Positions 9,698 through 19,747 of a stretch of 64,000 bases of DNA are shown piece by piece. The position numbers were made by a program, and so were the translations under genes. Numbering within the stretch: position 1 is the stretch's first letter; every line of letters starts with the position of its first letter. The notes below the pieces were generated by a model that was not told where the DNA came from, did not search any database, and saw only the letters and a program-made list of their open reading frames with translations. The DNA is from a virus (taxonomy: Duplodnaviria > Caudoviricetes): IMG/VR virus record IMGVR_UViG_3300048803_000071, positions 1 to 64,000 of that record, one strand, 5' to 3'.

Positions 9698-10573
9698 TTA
9701 ATTGTTTCCAAGGTTTTCTGTTAATTTTTCTTTTTCAACTTTTATATTTCCAAAAGTATTAATAGCATTTAAGTTGACCGTTACTATTTTTCCGTTATAT
9801 TGAGAATTTATAATTACATCGTTTATTTCCGATACTCTTTTATCCCTTAACAATCTGCTTTTTACTTTTATTAGTGTTAATAAATCAATCATTGTTGAGT
9901 TGTAATCTGAACCCCAGTCTAAGTCTATTGTATTGCTTTCATATCCGGGGATATCACCGTAACTCCCGTACCTGTTAATTAAACCCTGTATTAAACAATC
10001 TGTCCCATCTATGATTTTTAAATCTCCGTTGTCTACGACCAGTTCGTTGGTTGCATCTGTACCTAATGCCTTTATCCCGTCGATTGAACCGAATACCGGT
10101 AATTGAGAATAGACTGCCGAGCTTTTCAAATCGATTATTAAAGGTATTAATATTTTTTCCCCCCTGGTCTTTTTATCGTTAAATTCTTCCGTTGATATTT
10201 TATTGTAATTTAATATATCATCAATGTTAATGTTGTATTGGTCGTAAAGCGATTGCAAGGTGTCATAATCTGTGAGCTTGTGTTCTTTCCCTACTGTAAT
10301 CAATGTTGTCTTTTTGCCTTCTAATACATTTTGAAGAACTTTATTGAATTCTTCTTTATCCATTCTGTCGAATTTATATTTCACCTTTTGCTTCTCTAAA
10401 TCCGATATCACTTTCTCCAGCTTGAAAATTATATTGTCAAAATTAATATTATGTAGATCCCTTTCTGTTGACGGAATGGCAAGAGATTCGAATTTAATTT
10501 TTTCGAGAACAATATATCCCTTGTCTAGTGTATCCGATATTGCCTGATCATATTCTGCTATTGATTTAAACAT
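9698..10573 (-). CDS. LysM-like plus gp25/W-like baseplate wedge (sheath initiator)
   Basis: DTLQSL...DDILNYNKI...GEKILIP LysM-like segment; NGDLKIIDG...LLRDKRVSEI gp25-like C-terminus. Confidence 0.75.
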   Translation of the reverse strand: MFKSIAEYDQAISDTLDKGYIVLEKIKFESLAIPSTERDLHNINFDNIIFKLEKVISDLEKQKVKYKFDRMDKEEFNKVLQNVLEGKKTTLITVGKEHKLTDYDTLQSLYDQYNINIDDILNYNKISTEEFNDKKTRGEKILIPLIIDLKSSAVYSQLPVFGSIDGIKALGTDATNELVVDNGDLKIIDGTDCLIQGLINRYGSYGDIPGYESNTIDLDWGSDYNSTMIDLLTLIKVKSRLLRDKRVSEINDVIINSQYNGKIVTVNLNAINTFGNIKVEKEKLTENLGNN

Positions 10574-10586
10574 TAACTTTTATCTA

Positions 10587-11465
10587 TTAATAAAGTAAAC
10601 TTATGAAATCCTTAAGTGTATTATTAAAATTACTTATATTATTAAGCCCATTCGCTATTCCTGATCCTAATCTCCATGCATCACCTAAAAATGAATTTGT
10701 AATCGCTCCTTCGTAATTGTTTCCCATTATAACTGCTATATTGAGCGCTTCTTCAAATGATGCTATATCTACTAATATCTCGTTTATTCCTGCAAGTATA
10801 CTGTTTTCTTTTAAGAATGAATCAATTTCACTGTTCCATTCATCAAATTTGTTCTGTATATCTATCAAATACCTTAAGTTTCTTAGTATAGGATCTGCCG
10901 TTTCTACATCAATTAATTTTCCAATCCCTGTCATTTGTAATTCATACATCGGGACTGTTGAATGTCTTTTCGTGTCCGCTCTTATTCTGAATGTGTCTAA
11001 GTTTACTGCCATCCATTCGTGAAAATTAAAATCATAATAATTCATACCATATACACAGGGTTGCTCACCGTCTTTTAGATTTAAAGGTATACTATTGGAT
11101 TTCTTATACATCGCCCTGAACTCTTTTAATCTTCCAAATCCATCCTGTACTTTTATTCCCCTTTGTATGAATCTTTTTCCAAAACATCCGGCAAATTGTA
11201 TCTTAACAGGTGCTAATCCTCCCTTGTTAACAAGTGTGTTTCCGTCCCCAGGCCCAACTTGATATCCTTGTTTTGCACCGTAGTCATAATTTATAGTCTC
11301 CGGCTGCACGTCCATTAATAGAATATCCGTTTCTATAGGTTTCGATACTACACTTAAATCCTCCATTTTTGTAGAATCCTCAGAATATGTCGGCTCCTTT
11401 ATGGTATATTTTATCATTTCGAAAATAATATATGGTAAGGCCGGGAGATTCAAAAGTGAAAGCAT
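10587..11465 (-). CDS. Baseplate or tube-initiator protein
   Basis: Synteny; VQPETI...KIQFAG-x-FG motif typical of tube-initiator proteins. Confidence 0.5.
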   Translation of the reverse strand: MLSLLNLPALPYIIFEMIKYTIKEPTYSEDSTKMEDLSVVSKPIETDILLMDVQPETINYDYGAKQGYQVGPGDGNTLVNKGGLAPVKIQFAGCFGKRFIQRGIKVQDGFGRLKEFRAMYKKSNSIPLNLKDGEQPCVYGMNYYDFNFHEWMAVNLDTFRIRADTKRHSTVPMYELQMTGIGKLIDVETADPILRNLRYLIDIQNKFDEWNSEIDSFLKENSILAGINEILVDIASFEEALNIAVIMGNNYEGAITNSFLGDAWRLGSGIANGLNNISNFNNTLKDFISLLY

Positions 11466-11570
11466 TATTTATCTCCCCGCTCTTTATATTTTATTTTTAA
11501 TTTTTCCATTTTTATTCTTTGCTCTTTATCTTTTACTGATTACTTACTACTGTCTACTGACTTCTGTTCT

Positions 11571-11828
11571 TCAGAACTCTATCCCGCATTCGTCCGTTGA
11601 TTCTGAAGTATGTGGATGAGGTACAGTAGTTGTACTTTCTACCGTCTTTTTGGCTCCGCTAATCCAGTCAAATATTACATCTGTTACTCCTTCAGATAAT
11701 TTTTCGCATAATATGTCTCTGTTTTGCTGAATATCTTCAACTTTATTACTATAACTCGTTTCAAAAGCCTCTTTGAATTTAGCTTTTAATTGTTGCTGCA
11801 TACTACTTTTATTTGATGATAAACTCAT
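11571..11828 (-). CDS. Small baseplate/spike-tip associated protein
   Basis: Follows spike gene; C-terminal HPHT motif. Confidence 0.35.
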   Translation of the reverse strand: MSLSSNKSSMQQQLKAKFKEAFETSYSNKVEDIQQNRDILCEKLSEGVTDVIFDWISGAKKTVESTTTVPHPHTSESTDECGIEF

Positions 11829-12763
11829 TATTCTACTTCATTTGATTTATACAGCAAACTTACTACATCGGATAGTATTAAATCAAGTTTGTTTTTAACA
11901 TCAGCTTTAATCTTCTCCCCGTCATTGAAAGAGAGTCGTGCTACTATACCTGACCCTATCCATGTTGCCGCTACTAAGTCATCAATTAGTATTTCCAGTA
12001 ACTTCTTCAGCGTTACTCCCATTACTGCATTCTGAAGCTTTGGTGTTAAATATTTATTATCTTCATCAATTAATATTTCTTTCCCCCTTTTATTCGAATG
12101 TCCTAAACATATCTTTTTCGCATAAATGTTAGTATTCTCAGCTTTATTTTTTTCATTGTCTGCGGTTTCTTTTGCAAAATCATTGTTCCCGCCAATTTCT
12201 ACTTCATTCCCTAAAAGATTTAATAATTCTTTCCCTTCAAATGTTGCGTTTTTGTTTGTAGTGAAAATCATATTACCATTAATCACATTTCGTATAAAAT
12301 CACCTTTTACAAGATTTACCTGGTCCCCCTTTTCATCTGATATACTATATATTTCGAATCCATTACTATTTTTTTTATAAGTAATATCTGCAAATAAATT
12401 GAGTTTGGTAATCGCTACTTTTGACGATACTTCTTCCTGTAATAATAATTGATTTACGCATCCTATAATTATTGGCGTGTTTCTGCCTTCGGGGAACTGA
12501 ATTATAATGGTGGCTCCCTCTTGTAATATTTTCCCGGAATTGTCTATAATATATGGTTTCGGAAATCTTACACTATATTGATCCTCAGCATATTGTTCAC
12601 TTATAATACAACAATGCTCCAGTAAATATCTTTTTTTATATTCATCGAGTACATACATATTTGTTATTTGTTCATCTTCTTGAACAAATATTATCTTTGC
12701 AAACCTCGGAGGTCCGCTGCTTATTCCCTTACTGTTGTCATCTATATATTCAAATTGATTCAT
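11828..12763 (-). CDS. Baseplate central spike (gpV-like)
   Basis: OB-fold-like EGATIIIQFPEG...PIIIGC motif; beta-strand repeats; NAVMG-x-x-L C-terminal motif. Confidence 0.7.
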   Translation of the reverse strand: MNQFEYIDDNSKGISSGPPRFAKIIFVQEDEQITNMYVLDEYKKRYLLEHCCIISEQYAEDQYSVRFPKPYIIDNSGKILQEGATIIIQFPEGRNTPIIIGCVNQLLLQEEVSSKVAITKLNLFADITYKKNSNGFEIYSISDEKGDQVNLVKGDFIRNVINGNMIFTTNKNATFEGKELLNLLGNEVEIGGNNDFAKETADNEKNKAENTNIYAKKICLGHSNKRGKEILIDEDNKYLTPKLQNAVMGVTLKKLLEILIDDLVAATWIGSGIVARLSFNDGEKIKADVKNKLDLILSDVVSLLYKSNEVE

Positions 12764-15715
12764 TTAAAATCTCTCACAGAAAAATACATGAAAATGATTA
12801 AAATGGTCTCCGTATACACCACCGACACTTCTTACCCTTTCTCTTAAATCACAAGGATAATAACGTTGATAACTTTCTTTTTGCCAATTAGTTTTATCCC
12901 GATTTTCTATTTTATCATGCCTAAATAACACTCCCTGCCCGGATTCCCGGATTCCGATGTCATTTATTAATACATCTAAAACGTGAACTATATCTGTTAC
13001 TGTTTTATCCGATGTATTCCCTTGACTATTATGTTTTGCTGTTGATACTAAACCTGTAATTACAATATCTGCAGAAGCCCCGTCATTGTGGGTTTCGTGA
13101 CCGCTTAAAGCTACCCATCCGTCATTATAACCGCTCATATCTCCTACTTGAACATTTTGCCCTGTTATATTATGTACCTGCTCAGCCCAGGTTAATAATC
13201 TTTCCATAGTTAATTCATATCCCCATTGCCTGTCATCCGATTTAAAAGATGTTACATATTTATGCCGGTTATCAGTAGGTTTGTATTTTGATAATTGAAC
13301 CGCTTTCCCTCTGTCCCCTGTTACTTTTTTGACATTGAGGTTTTCTTTCTTTTCTTCAACTTTTACAGGTGTTTCACTTTCATCACCATTATAAGGGAAT
13401 GAAGGATCAAATATTTTAATATTATTACAAATGGTTTTTGTGTATTCCTTACCTTCTGAACTGTCGAGTGAATAATTTACTCCTAAATGATATGTTCTTA
13501 AGGCTGTCAATGGGTTATCGCCATAATTGTATTCATTTTTTAGAATATTACATATACCCTTTATTGCAGATTCGGGGTCTAATCTGTCTCCGTATTTACT
13601 GCTGAAATTTTCTGTTATTCCGCATAATCCTGCTTTTACGCCGCTTTTATAGTTAGGATTAAAATTACTTTCCGTTAATATTATGCCTAATATGACGTAT
13701 GGATTTATACCATTAGCAACTGCCTGAATTATATCTGCAAGTTCATAAGCGGTATTTACATTGTGTTTTTTATAATCTGATTCATATGTATTATAATAAT
13801 TTTTTAATTTATCTTGTGCTTCTTTTAATAATTCTCCGGTATTCCATTTTCCACCCGAGCTGTATCCGCCGATTGTGGTCCCGATTCCCGTTGCATAATC
13901 TATTTTTATCATTGGATTTTTTCTTACTGTTCCGCCTGCTGATTCCTCGCTTATGCCTTTATCAGATAGATCATATCCCGCTGAATATTTGTATTGTTCC
14001 ATCTCTTCGGTATTTTCACCCCTGTCTAAATTAAGTGACATTTCGTAAATATTTCCATCTTCTGTTACTTCGTATTTTCTTCTTACTCCTTTTATATAAT
14101 AAAATATTCCCTGTCTGCCGGTCTTTGAAAGATGGTGCGGAGCAAATATTTTATCCCCCTTCCTTATATAATCATGCCCTAACATTAATTGCTCACCTTT
14201 ATAGAATGTCGGATTAAACCGGTACCAATGGAAGAGTTTCTCTCTCAGCCGTATTGATTCTTCAACAGGATAAGCCACTTCATTGTATATGTTTTTTTTA
14301 ATGATTCTATAACTGTCGGGTATCTCATCTAAGCCTATTGATAAAGTTCCTTCTTTATACATCTTACTTTTACCTTCTAATTTCCGGATTCCAAACTTTC
14401 TGATCGATAATGTATCGAGCAATGGATACATATAGCCGTATCTCGCAAGTGCTGTCGTGCTGGTGATATCTTTCGAGGAAGTCATAGTATAAAAATTAAC
14501 AACATCTGTAAGTGTCTGTCCTATCGAATTTCCATAGTCCTCTCCCGGGTCTAATGTGTGATATGGTTTCTTTGTGATTAATGTTTGGAATATACTTTTA
14601 TCCTTATACTTTAATCCTTCAATATTTATTTTGCTTGTAATTGGCTTGTCGTTATCCCACCAGTTTCCCACTCTTTCCTTTTTCTTTTCGTCCGGTAAAG
14701 ATACTATCCAAACGTCTGCTTCCGATGCTTCTACCTTTTTATGAACTTTTTCAAAATCAAATGCATCAAGTGGGGGATTTATTAAATTTAATATTGTGTT
14801 GAATATATTATCATTTGTCGTTGATAAATCTCCGTTTTCATTTAATAAATTCCAATCTGATGTTCTGTCAAAAGGTTTTGGTCTAACTATTAAGCAAGGT
14901 CTTAGTTTGTTTATTTTTTTATCTATGATTGTTTCTACAAAGCATTCGTAAAACATCGGATCTATGCATTGAGTAATATAATTCCATACTTTGCCTGAAA
15001 ATTGTGACAGATTATCATCATATAATAAATCGTTCCAATAACAGGATAAATCAAAAGTAAAATACCTGCCTATTGCGAAGTGATTTTTTTCTTCCAAATG
15101 CTCCGCTATAACATTTCCTTTTTCATCAAAATCTATATATGGTATTTCTATGTTCATCGCCGGCATATTAAGCATAATCCAGATAATAGCACTTAATGGA
15201 CATTGTTTTTTAAATTCTGAAAAACCGTCGTTTCCAAAGCCCCTTAATATCCCTAAAAATTGTACTCTGTTTTCTCCTAATAATTCAACAGCCCTTGGAT
15301 CATAAGCTAGCTCAGGAGCCATAACTATATCATCATCTATTAATAGAGATGCAAAATTTCTGCCGCTCAATAGAAGTGCTCTTGCTATTCCTTTCTCGGT
15401 TGCTTTTTTTGTTTCGAATATTGTATCTATTCTGAATAGCCAGCTGTCTTTTTGCTCGATGCCTATCGAAAGTATATCACCTTTGCTTAATACCCTTCTC
15501 CACATAGAATATATTCTTACGCTGTTATATGAAGGCTGCTGGTCTATTGCATGCGGTAAAATGGTAAGCTGAAAAGTGTCTGCAGGCTGGTCCAAATCCC
15601 CGGAATCCGAATAATTAATTACATAATCACTAAGATCATATGGCTGCCCGTTGATTGTCTTATTGATTACATAAACTTTTGCTCGATGTGATGTGTATCC
15701 CGGCCTGTTTATCAT
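12764..15715 (-). CDS. Baseplate hub/tail lysin with SLT and MepA-like endopeptidase domains
   Basis: Hub N-terminus (DLSDYV, LLLSGR); SLT motifs IILTESNFNP, GLCGI and YHLG; LAS/M74 motifs VGDMS, GHETHNDGASAD and HFNHFHV. Confidence 0.85.
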   Translation of the reverse strand: MINRPGYTSHRAKVYVINKTINGQPYDLSDYVINYSDSGDLDQPADTFQLTILPHAIDQQPSYNSVRIYSMWRRVLSKGDILSIGIEQKDSWLFRIDTIFETKKATEKGIARALLLSGRNFASLLIDDDIVMAPELAYDPRAVELLGENRVQFLGILRGFGNDGFSEFKKQCPLSAIIWIMLNMPAMNIEIPYIDFDEKGNVIAEHLEEKNHFAIGRYFTFDLSCYWNDLLYDDNLSQFSGKVWNYITQCIDPMFYECFVETIIDKKINKLRPCLIVRPKPFDRTSDWNLLNENGDLSTTNDNIFNTILNLINPPLDAFDFEKVHKKVEASEADVWIVSLPDEKKKERVGNWWDNDKPITSKINIEGLKYKDKSIFQTLITKKPYHTLDPGEDYGNSIGQTLTDVVNFYTMTSSKDITSTTALARYGYMYPLLDTLSIRKFGIRKLEGKSKMYKEGTLSIGLDEIPDSYRIIKKNIYNEVAYPVEESIRLREKLFHWYRFNPTFYKGEQLMLGHDYIRKGDKIFAPHHLSKTGRQGIFYYIKGVRRKYEVTEDGNIYEMSLNLDRGENTEEMEQYKYSAGYDLSDKGISEESAGGTVRKNPMIKIDYATGIGTTIGGYSSGGKWNTGELLKEAQDKLKNYYNTYESDYKKHNVNTAYELADIIQAVANGINPYVILGIILTESNFNPNYKSGVKAGLCGITENFSSKYGDRLDPESAIKGICNILKNEYNYGDNPLTALRTYHLGVNYSLDSSEGKEYTKTICNNIKIFDPSFPYNGDESETPVKVEEKKENLNVKKVTGDRGKAVQLSKYKPTDNRHKYVTSFKSDDRQWGYELTMERLLTWAEQVHNITGQNVQVGDMSGYNDGWVALSGHETHNDGASADIVITGLVSTAKHNSQGNTSDKTVTDIVHVLDVLINDIGIRESGQGVLFRHDKIENRDKTNWQKESYQRYYPCDLRERVRSVGGVYGDHFNHFHVFFCERF

Positions 15716-15726
15716 TTTATATTTTT

Positions 15727-18339
15727 TTATCCATTATTTATATAAGCCGTCGTTTGAATTTCCGATAATATTTTTTCTTTCAATTCTTGTAATCCTAAAT
15801 CTAATTTTTCAGTTAATTCTTTTCCGTTAATATTGATTGTTACTTTATTATCAAAGTTAAAACCATTCATATTTTCTCCGTGTGGTATTGGATGTTTAAA
15901 AGTATCATATATATCTTCCCATCTTCCTTTGTTACCTTGCAGCATTTCTTTTAACATATCCCATAATCTTTGTTCAGCTTTTTTACCGGAAAATAACCCG
16001 TATAAATCTCTTTGTTGTGTTCCTTCAACTCCTAATTCGTCAAATTTATATTTATTAAGTTTGACTCCCTTAACTTCGAATATACTCGGGTCTATTTCGA
16101 AATATCTATTTTCCCCCATAGGCAAATATATGTTTTTTCCTTTTTTTTCTTCTGTGCTAACAGTTCTTACACCTTTCTTTAATTCTCCGTTTTCTTTTAA
16201 TTGACCCATCATATTATTAGGATCGTTTTCCCAGTTATATAATAAATTCTGCCAAAACTCTTTCACATCCGTTTTTTCTTGTCCTTCTTTCTTTTCTTCA
16301 GTAAGATCATCCAATAGTTTACTCATATCTTTAAGGCCGCCTGTTACAGCATCTACAACTTCTTTTATTTTTTTAGGAAATAAATCATTGTAAAACTCTT
16401 CTGTATAACTTTGTATAGACCATATATCTTTTGCGATTTTCCCGCCTGTGCTCATCATCCAGTTCATAATTTCCGCATGGTGTTTATCTGCTTGCGATGT
16501 GTTTTTCCCTCCTATACCAACTAGTTCTTCAAGCTTCTTTTTCTGCTCTTCGCTGTCAGGTGCTAAATCTTTCGTGTTTTCGTCGATGTATCGTAACCAT
16601 TCATCCAATCCTTCCCCGTATCCCTCTATTGATTTGTCTTTATTGAAGTTGTAAGCTTTATCGATAACTTGTTTAGCTAATTGCGGACTCTCTATTCCTA
16701 ATCCTTGCATTGCAAAGAATGTTCTTTGTTCATCACCAAAGCCCTGTAATCCCTTGAATAATTTACTCCGTACGTCTTTATCGTAAATTCCCCTCTCTTT
16801 TTGCAGTTCAAATTCCATAAGACTTTTTGGCTTTAAAGCACTCATTAAAAATGCATCACCTGCGGAACCCGGTGCTTGATTGAACATCCCTTGTAATCCG
16901 GATAGTGTCCATTGTCCCATATCTCCCATTCTGCCTTTTGCTGTATCTCCGTATAAAGCAAATGGTAGAAATGATGTTTCTAATAAATTCCTCTCGCTTA
17001 CTTTCATTCCGGATTTTGTCATAACTACCGATAGTTGATTCATAGCGTTTATTAAATCACCCATCCTTGCATTCATTCCGGTTACGTTTGATAATCCACG
17101 TCTCGATTGAAGCTCTGCCGCTCCTACTTCTTCTCCTGTATAACGGGTTGCTACTGATGCCTGGAATATCTCCTGCGGATTGTAACCGTAACCCCTTGAG
17201 AATGCAAGTTGCCCTTTAAATGTGTCCTCTTTGTATTTTCCTGTAATTGCGGATTGTTGATATTGTAATTGATATAATTCAGAATCCGAATAGCCTAATC
17301 CTCTTCCTGTTACCCCACCCATTCCGAATCGTGCCTTTGCTATTGCCCGGCTTCGGTCATATTCTTCGTATACGGCTACTCTCTGTTCCATTTCAGGGTA
17401 CATCTGCATCATTAGTTGATTAGATTGTTTCTGTGGTAATTGAGCCTTTATTAGTTCGGATTCTTTAGTTGAACCAATTAAATTTCCTATCCCTCCTCCC
17501 AATGCTCCCATTATCATTGAACCTATTGCAAATCCGGGTAAACCGCCGCCTAATGCTAATCCGCCTAAACCGCCTATCATTCCTAATCCTAACTGTCCGA
17601 ATGTTTGATATGCCTGTTTCTTTAACATCATATCTCTCATTTCATTAGCCATCCTTGTCTCTGAAATAACAGCTGCGTTTTGTACGAGATTTGAAACATT
17701 AAAACCTAAACCCGTCGCCTGCTGTTTTTGTGCAGATATAAGTTGGTATTCTGATGCATAAGCTCCTATGCTTGTTATTGCCTGTGCGATTAATCCTGCT
17801 GCTATGTATTTTCCTATAATAGACATGCTGCTTTTTGTTTCCGGATTATTCTTTACTATGTTTTGAGATGCTACATCTACTCCGGATATCATATGTCCGT
17901 AAGTTCTGTCAAATGCCTCTCTCCCTGCTTCAGATGGTATACCTTGCCTTACAGCTTCATCTTGCCAGTGGGCCCGTTGCTCTGACCATGTTTTTAATAA
18001 TTTTGGTGAAACCTTCGTTAATTGTTCGCTGAACATTTTTTCTATCTGGGGAGTTGATGCAGCATTTACTCCGTATAAAGCTCCCTGGAATTCTTCAAAT
18101 GCTTTTTGTAACCTCGGATCTTTAGATAATCCTTTAATAAATTGTGATAGGTTTTCAGGTGTTTGCTTTGATGCGAAAGGTGTGACCGTTTGAGGAGTCC
18201 CGGTGCCGCTTCCACCACTCGTTACTCCTCCTAAGTCTTGGTTTACGTCTTTTACCGCTTGGCGAAACTCGTTCACCTGCCTTGTTGCTCCGGTTAGTTC
18301 ACTCGCATTTGCTCTTAGATTAAACTCTAAATCTGCCAT
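15727..18339 (-). CDS. Tail tape measure protein
   Basis: ~870 aa, helical, with Gly-rich hydrophobic stretch (GGLGGLALGGG...); lies between chaperone and hub; probable start MADLEF. Confidence 0.85.
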   Translation of the reverse strand: MADLEFNLRANASELTGATRQVNEFRQAVKDVNQDLGGVTSGGSGTGTPQTVTPFASKQTPENLSQFIKGLSKDPRLQKAFEEFQGALYGVNAASTPQIEKMFSEQLTKVSPKLLKTWSEQRAHWQDEAVRQGIPSEAGREAFDRTYGHMISGVDVASQNIVKNNPETKSSMSIIGKYIAAGLIAQAITSIGAYASEYQLISAQKQQATGLGFNVSNLVQNAAVISETRMANEMRDMMLKKQAYQTFGQLGLGMIGGLGGLALGGGLPGFAIGSMIMGALGGGIGNLIGSTKESELIKAQLPQKQSNQLMMQMYPEMEQRVAVYEEYDRSRAIAKARFGMGGVTGRGLGYSDSELYQLQYQQSAITGKYKEDTFKGQLAFSRGYGYNPQEIFQASVATRYTGEEVGAAELQSRRGLSNVTGMNARMGDLINAMNQLSVVMTKSGMKVSERNLLETSFLPFALYGDTAKGRMGDMGQWTLSGLQGMFNQAPGSAGDAFLMSALKPKSLMEFELQKERGIYDKDVRSKLFKGLQGFGDEQRTFFAMQGLGIESPQLAKQVIDKAYNFNKDKSIEGYGEGLDEWLRYIDENTKDLAPDSEEQKKKLEELVGIGGKNTSQADKHHAEIMNWMMSTGGKIAKDIWSIQSYTEEFYNDLFPKKIKEVVDAVTGGLKDMSKLLDDLTEEKKEGQEKTDVKEFWQNLLYNWENDPNNMMGQLKENGELKKGVRTVSTEEKKGKNIYLPMGENRYFEIDPSIFEVKGVKLNKYKFDELGVEGTQQRDLYGLFSGKKAEQRLWDMLKEMLQGNKGRWEDIYDTFKHPIPHGENMNGFNFDNKVTININGKELTEKLDLGLQELKEKILSEIQTTAYINNG

Positions 18340-19676
18340 TCCCATCTCCAATTATTTCTAAAATATTTATCAATTATTTTAACCGATATACTCCCCAATC
18401 CTTCAATTATAACTCTCGTACCCTTACAATGTGTACTCTTTGCAATATATTCTTTACCTTTAATCCAAACAGAATCTAAAGGTTGTATATTATATCTCTG
18501 TTTTCTTATTGAAGGTTTAAACCCTTTTCTACTTACTTGCAATTTTCTATTGTTTCTGTGCTTTTGTATTACCCAAAAAGGTCTACATCTTTCTTGAATT
18601 TCACCTCCTGCTATACAAAATGCATCATTAAAATGTTCTTTACTTAATCCTAATTTTATTCTTTTAACGAATGTCTGATAACCATAAGCAATCTTACATT
18701 TCATATCTTTTAAAAATCTGTTTTTGATTATATTCATAAATGTAGATTCTTTGTATTGCTTGTTCTTTTTTAACAAATGTAATAAATTTTCTTTATGGAT
18801 TTTATCGTGACATTCTTTATGAAGTAAGGCAAGATTATCAACAGAATTTGTACCACCCTTTGATTCTTTAATTATATGATGTATGTGCCAGCTGTTATTT
18901 TTATCATATTCTTTTTGACAAAATTGACATTTACCATGTTCCCTCGAGATTAAATATGAACGTACATTTTGATAGCCATAAAGATTCCCTTGCTGATATT
19001 CTATTCCTTGAATTTCCGGATTTTTAATCTTTTGAATGTCAAAATTTCCCGATTCAACAACGGTTTCTGAAATTGGTAAAATTTTCTCCAATCTTTTTAT
19101 CAGATTTAAATGTGTATCATATCTTCGCTGAATTGATGGTGGTAACCATCCTTCTTTTTTTACTCGATTCAACCATCTTGCTTCTCGATACCAATGATGT
19201 CTATTCCTTCTCCCTCTTCTATGTATTCTTTTTTCTGTTAATCTTTTTGATGTTTTATCATCTAATTTTAATTCACCTGAAATCAATTCTTTCTTTTCAG
19301 ATATGCAAGAAAAACCAATATATTTATATCCTGAATCAATTCCACAGGTTACATCCTGTGTTTTTTCTTCACAATCAAAATTTAATTGGATTGCGAAGGG
19401 AACACGTTTAATTACTTTTGCTCTGCCTCCTTTTAATAGTTTACGTGCTTTTGCCGGTTTGCATGGCATTAAAGGTTTCCCTGATTTTGCTATTACAAAC
19501 ACATTGACTTTACGTCCCACTGTTTGTTGTGGTTGATCCACTTCGAGGTTGTTACAATCCAGAACTTTATCTGCAACACTAAGACTTTGGTCTTTGTTTA
19601 ATTGCAAATTCGTAGAGCAAAGGACTTGTGGAGTATCCCTTGGTACGCTCTTAATCTCTAATTGTAACTTCTGCAT
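18327..19676 (-). CDS. iscB: RNA-guided endonuclease IscB
   Basis: PLMP domain; RuvC-I GIDSG; Arg-rich bridge helix; RuvC-II VVESGNFD; HNH (HHI...N...H); RuvC-III HFNDA; all catalytic residues present. True start may be GTG at 19502. Confidence 0.95.
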   Translation of the reverse strand: MQKLQLEIKSVPRDTPQVLCSTNLQLNKDQSLSVADKVLDCNNLEVDQPQQTVGRKVNVFVIAKSGKPLMPCKPAKARKLLKGGRAKVIKRVPFAIQLNFDCEEKTQDVTCGIDSGYKYIGFSCISEKKELISGELKLDDKTSKRLTEKRIHRRGRRNRHHWYREARWLNRVKKEGWLPPSIQRRYDTHLNLIKRLEKILPISETVVESGNFDIQKIKNPEIQGIEYQQGNLYGYQNVRSYLISREHGKCQFCQKEYDKNNSWHIHHIIKESKGGTNSVDNLALLHKECHDKIHKENLLHLLKKNKQYKESTFMNIIKNRFLKDMKCKIAYGYQTFVKRIKLGLSKEHFNDAFCIAGGEIQERCRPFWVIQKHRNNRKLQVSRKGFKPSIRKQRYNIQPLDSVWIKGKEYIAKSTHCKGTRVIIEGLGSISVKIIDKYFRNNWRWEWQI

Positions 19677-19747
19677 AAATTTTTCTTTTTTAATTTAAGC
19701 CCTCTAATCAGCTCTTTTTAATTCGACTGATTCACTTGTCTCGTTGC
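19503..19747 (-). ncRNA. omegaRNA (scaffold ~19503-19731 plus predicted 16-nt guide 19732-19747)
   Basis: ~230 nt directly 5' of the PLMP domain; ATCAG...CTGATTAGAGGGC 5' stem and omegaRNA-like internal motifs; boundaries inferred. Confidence 0.8.

Noticed and set aside
18327-19676. Cas9 or CRISPR system
   Set aside because: Small size, PLMP domain and no array indicate IscB.
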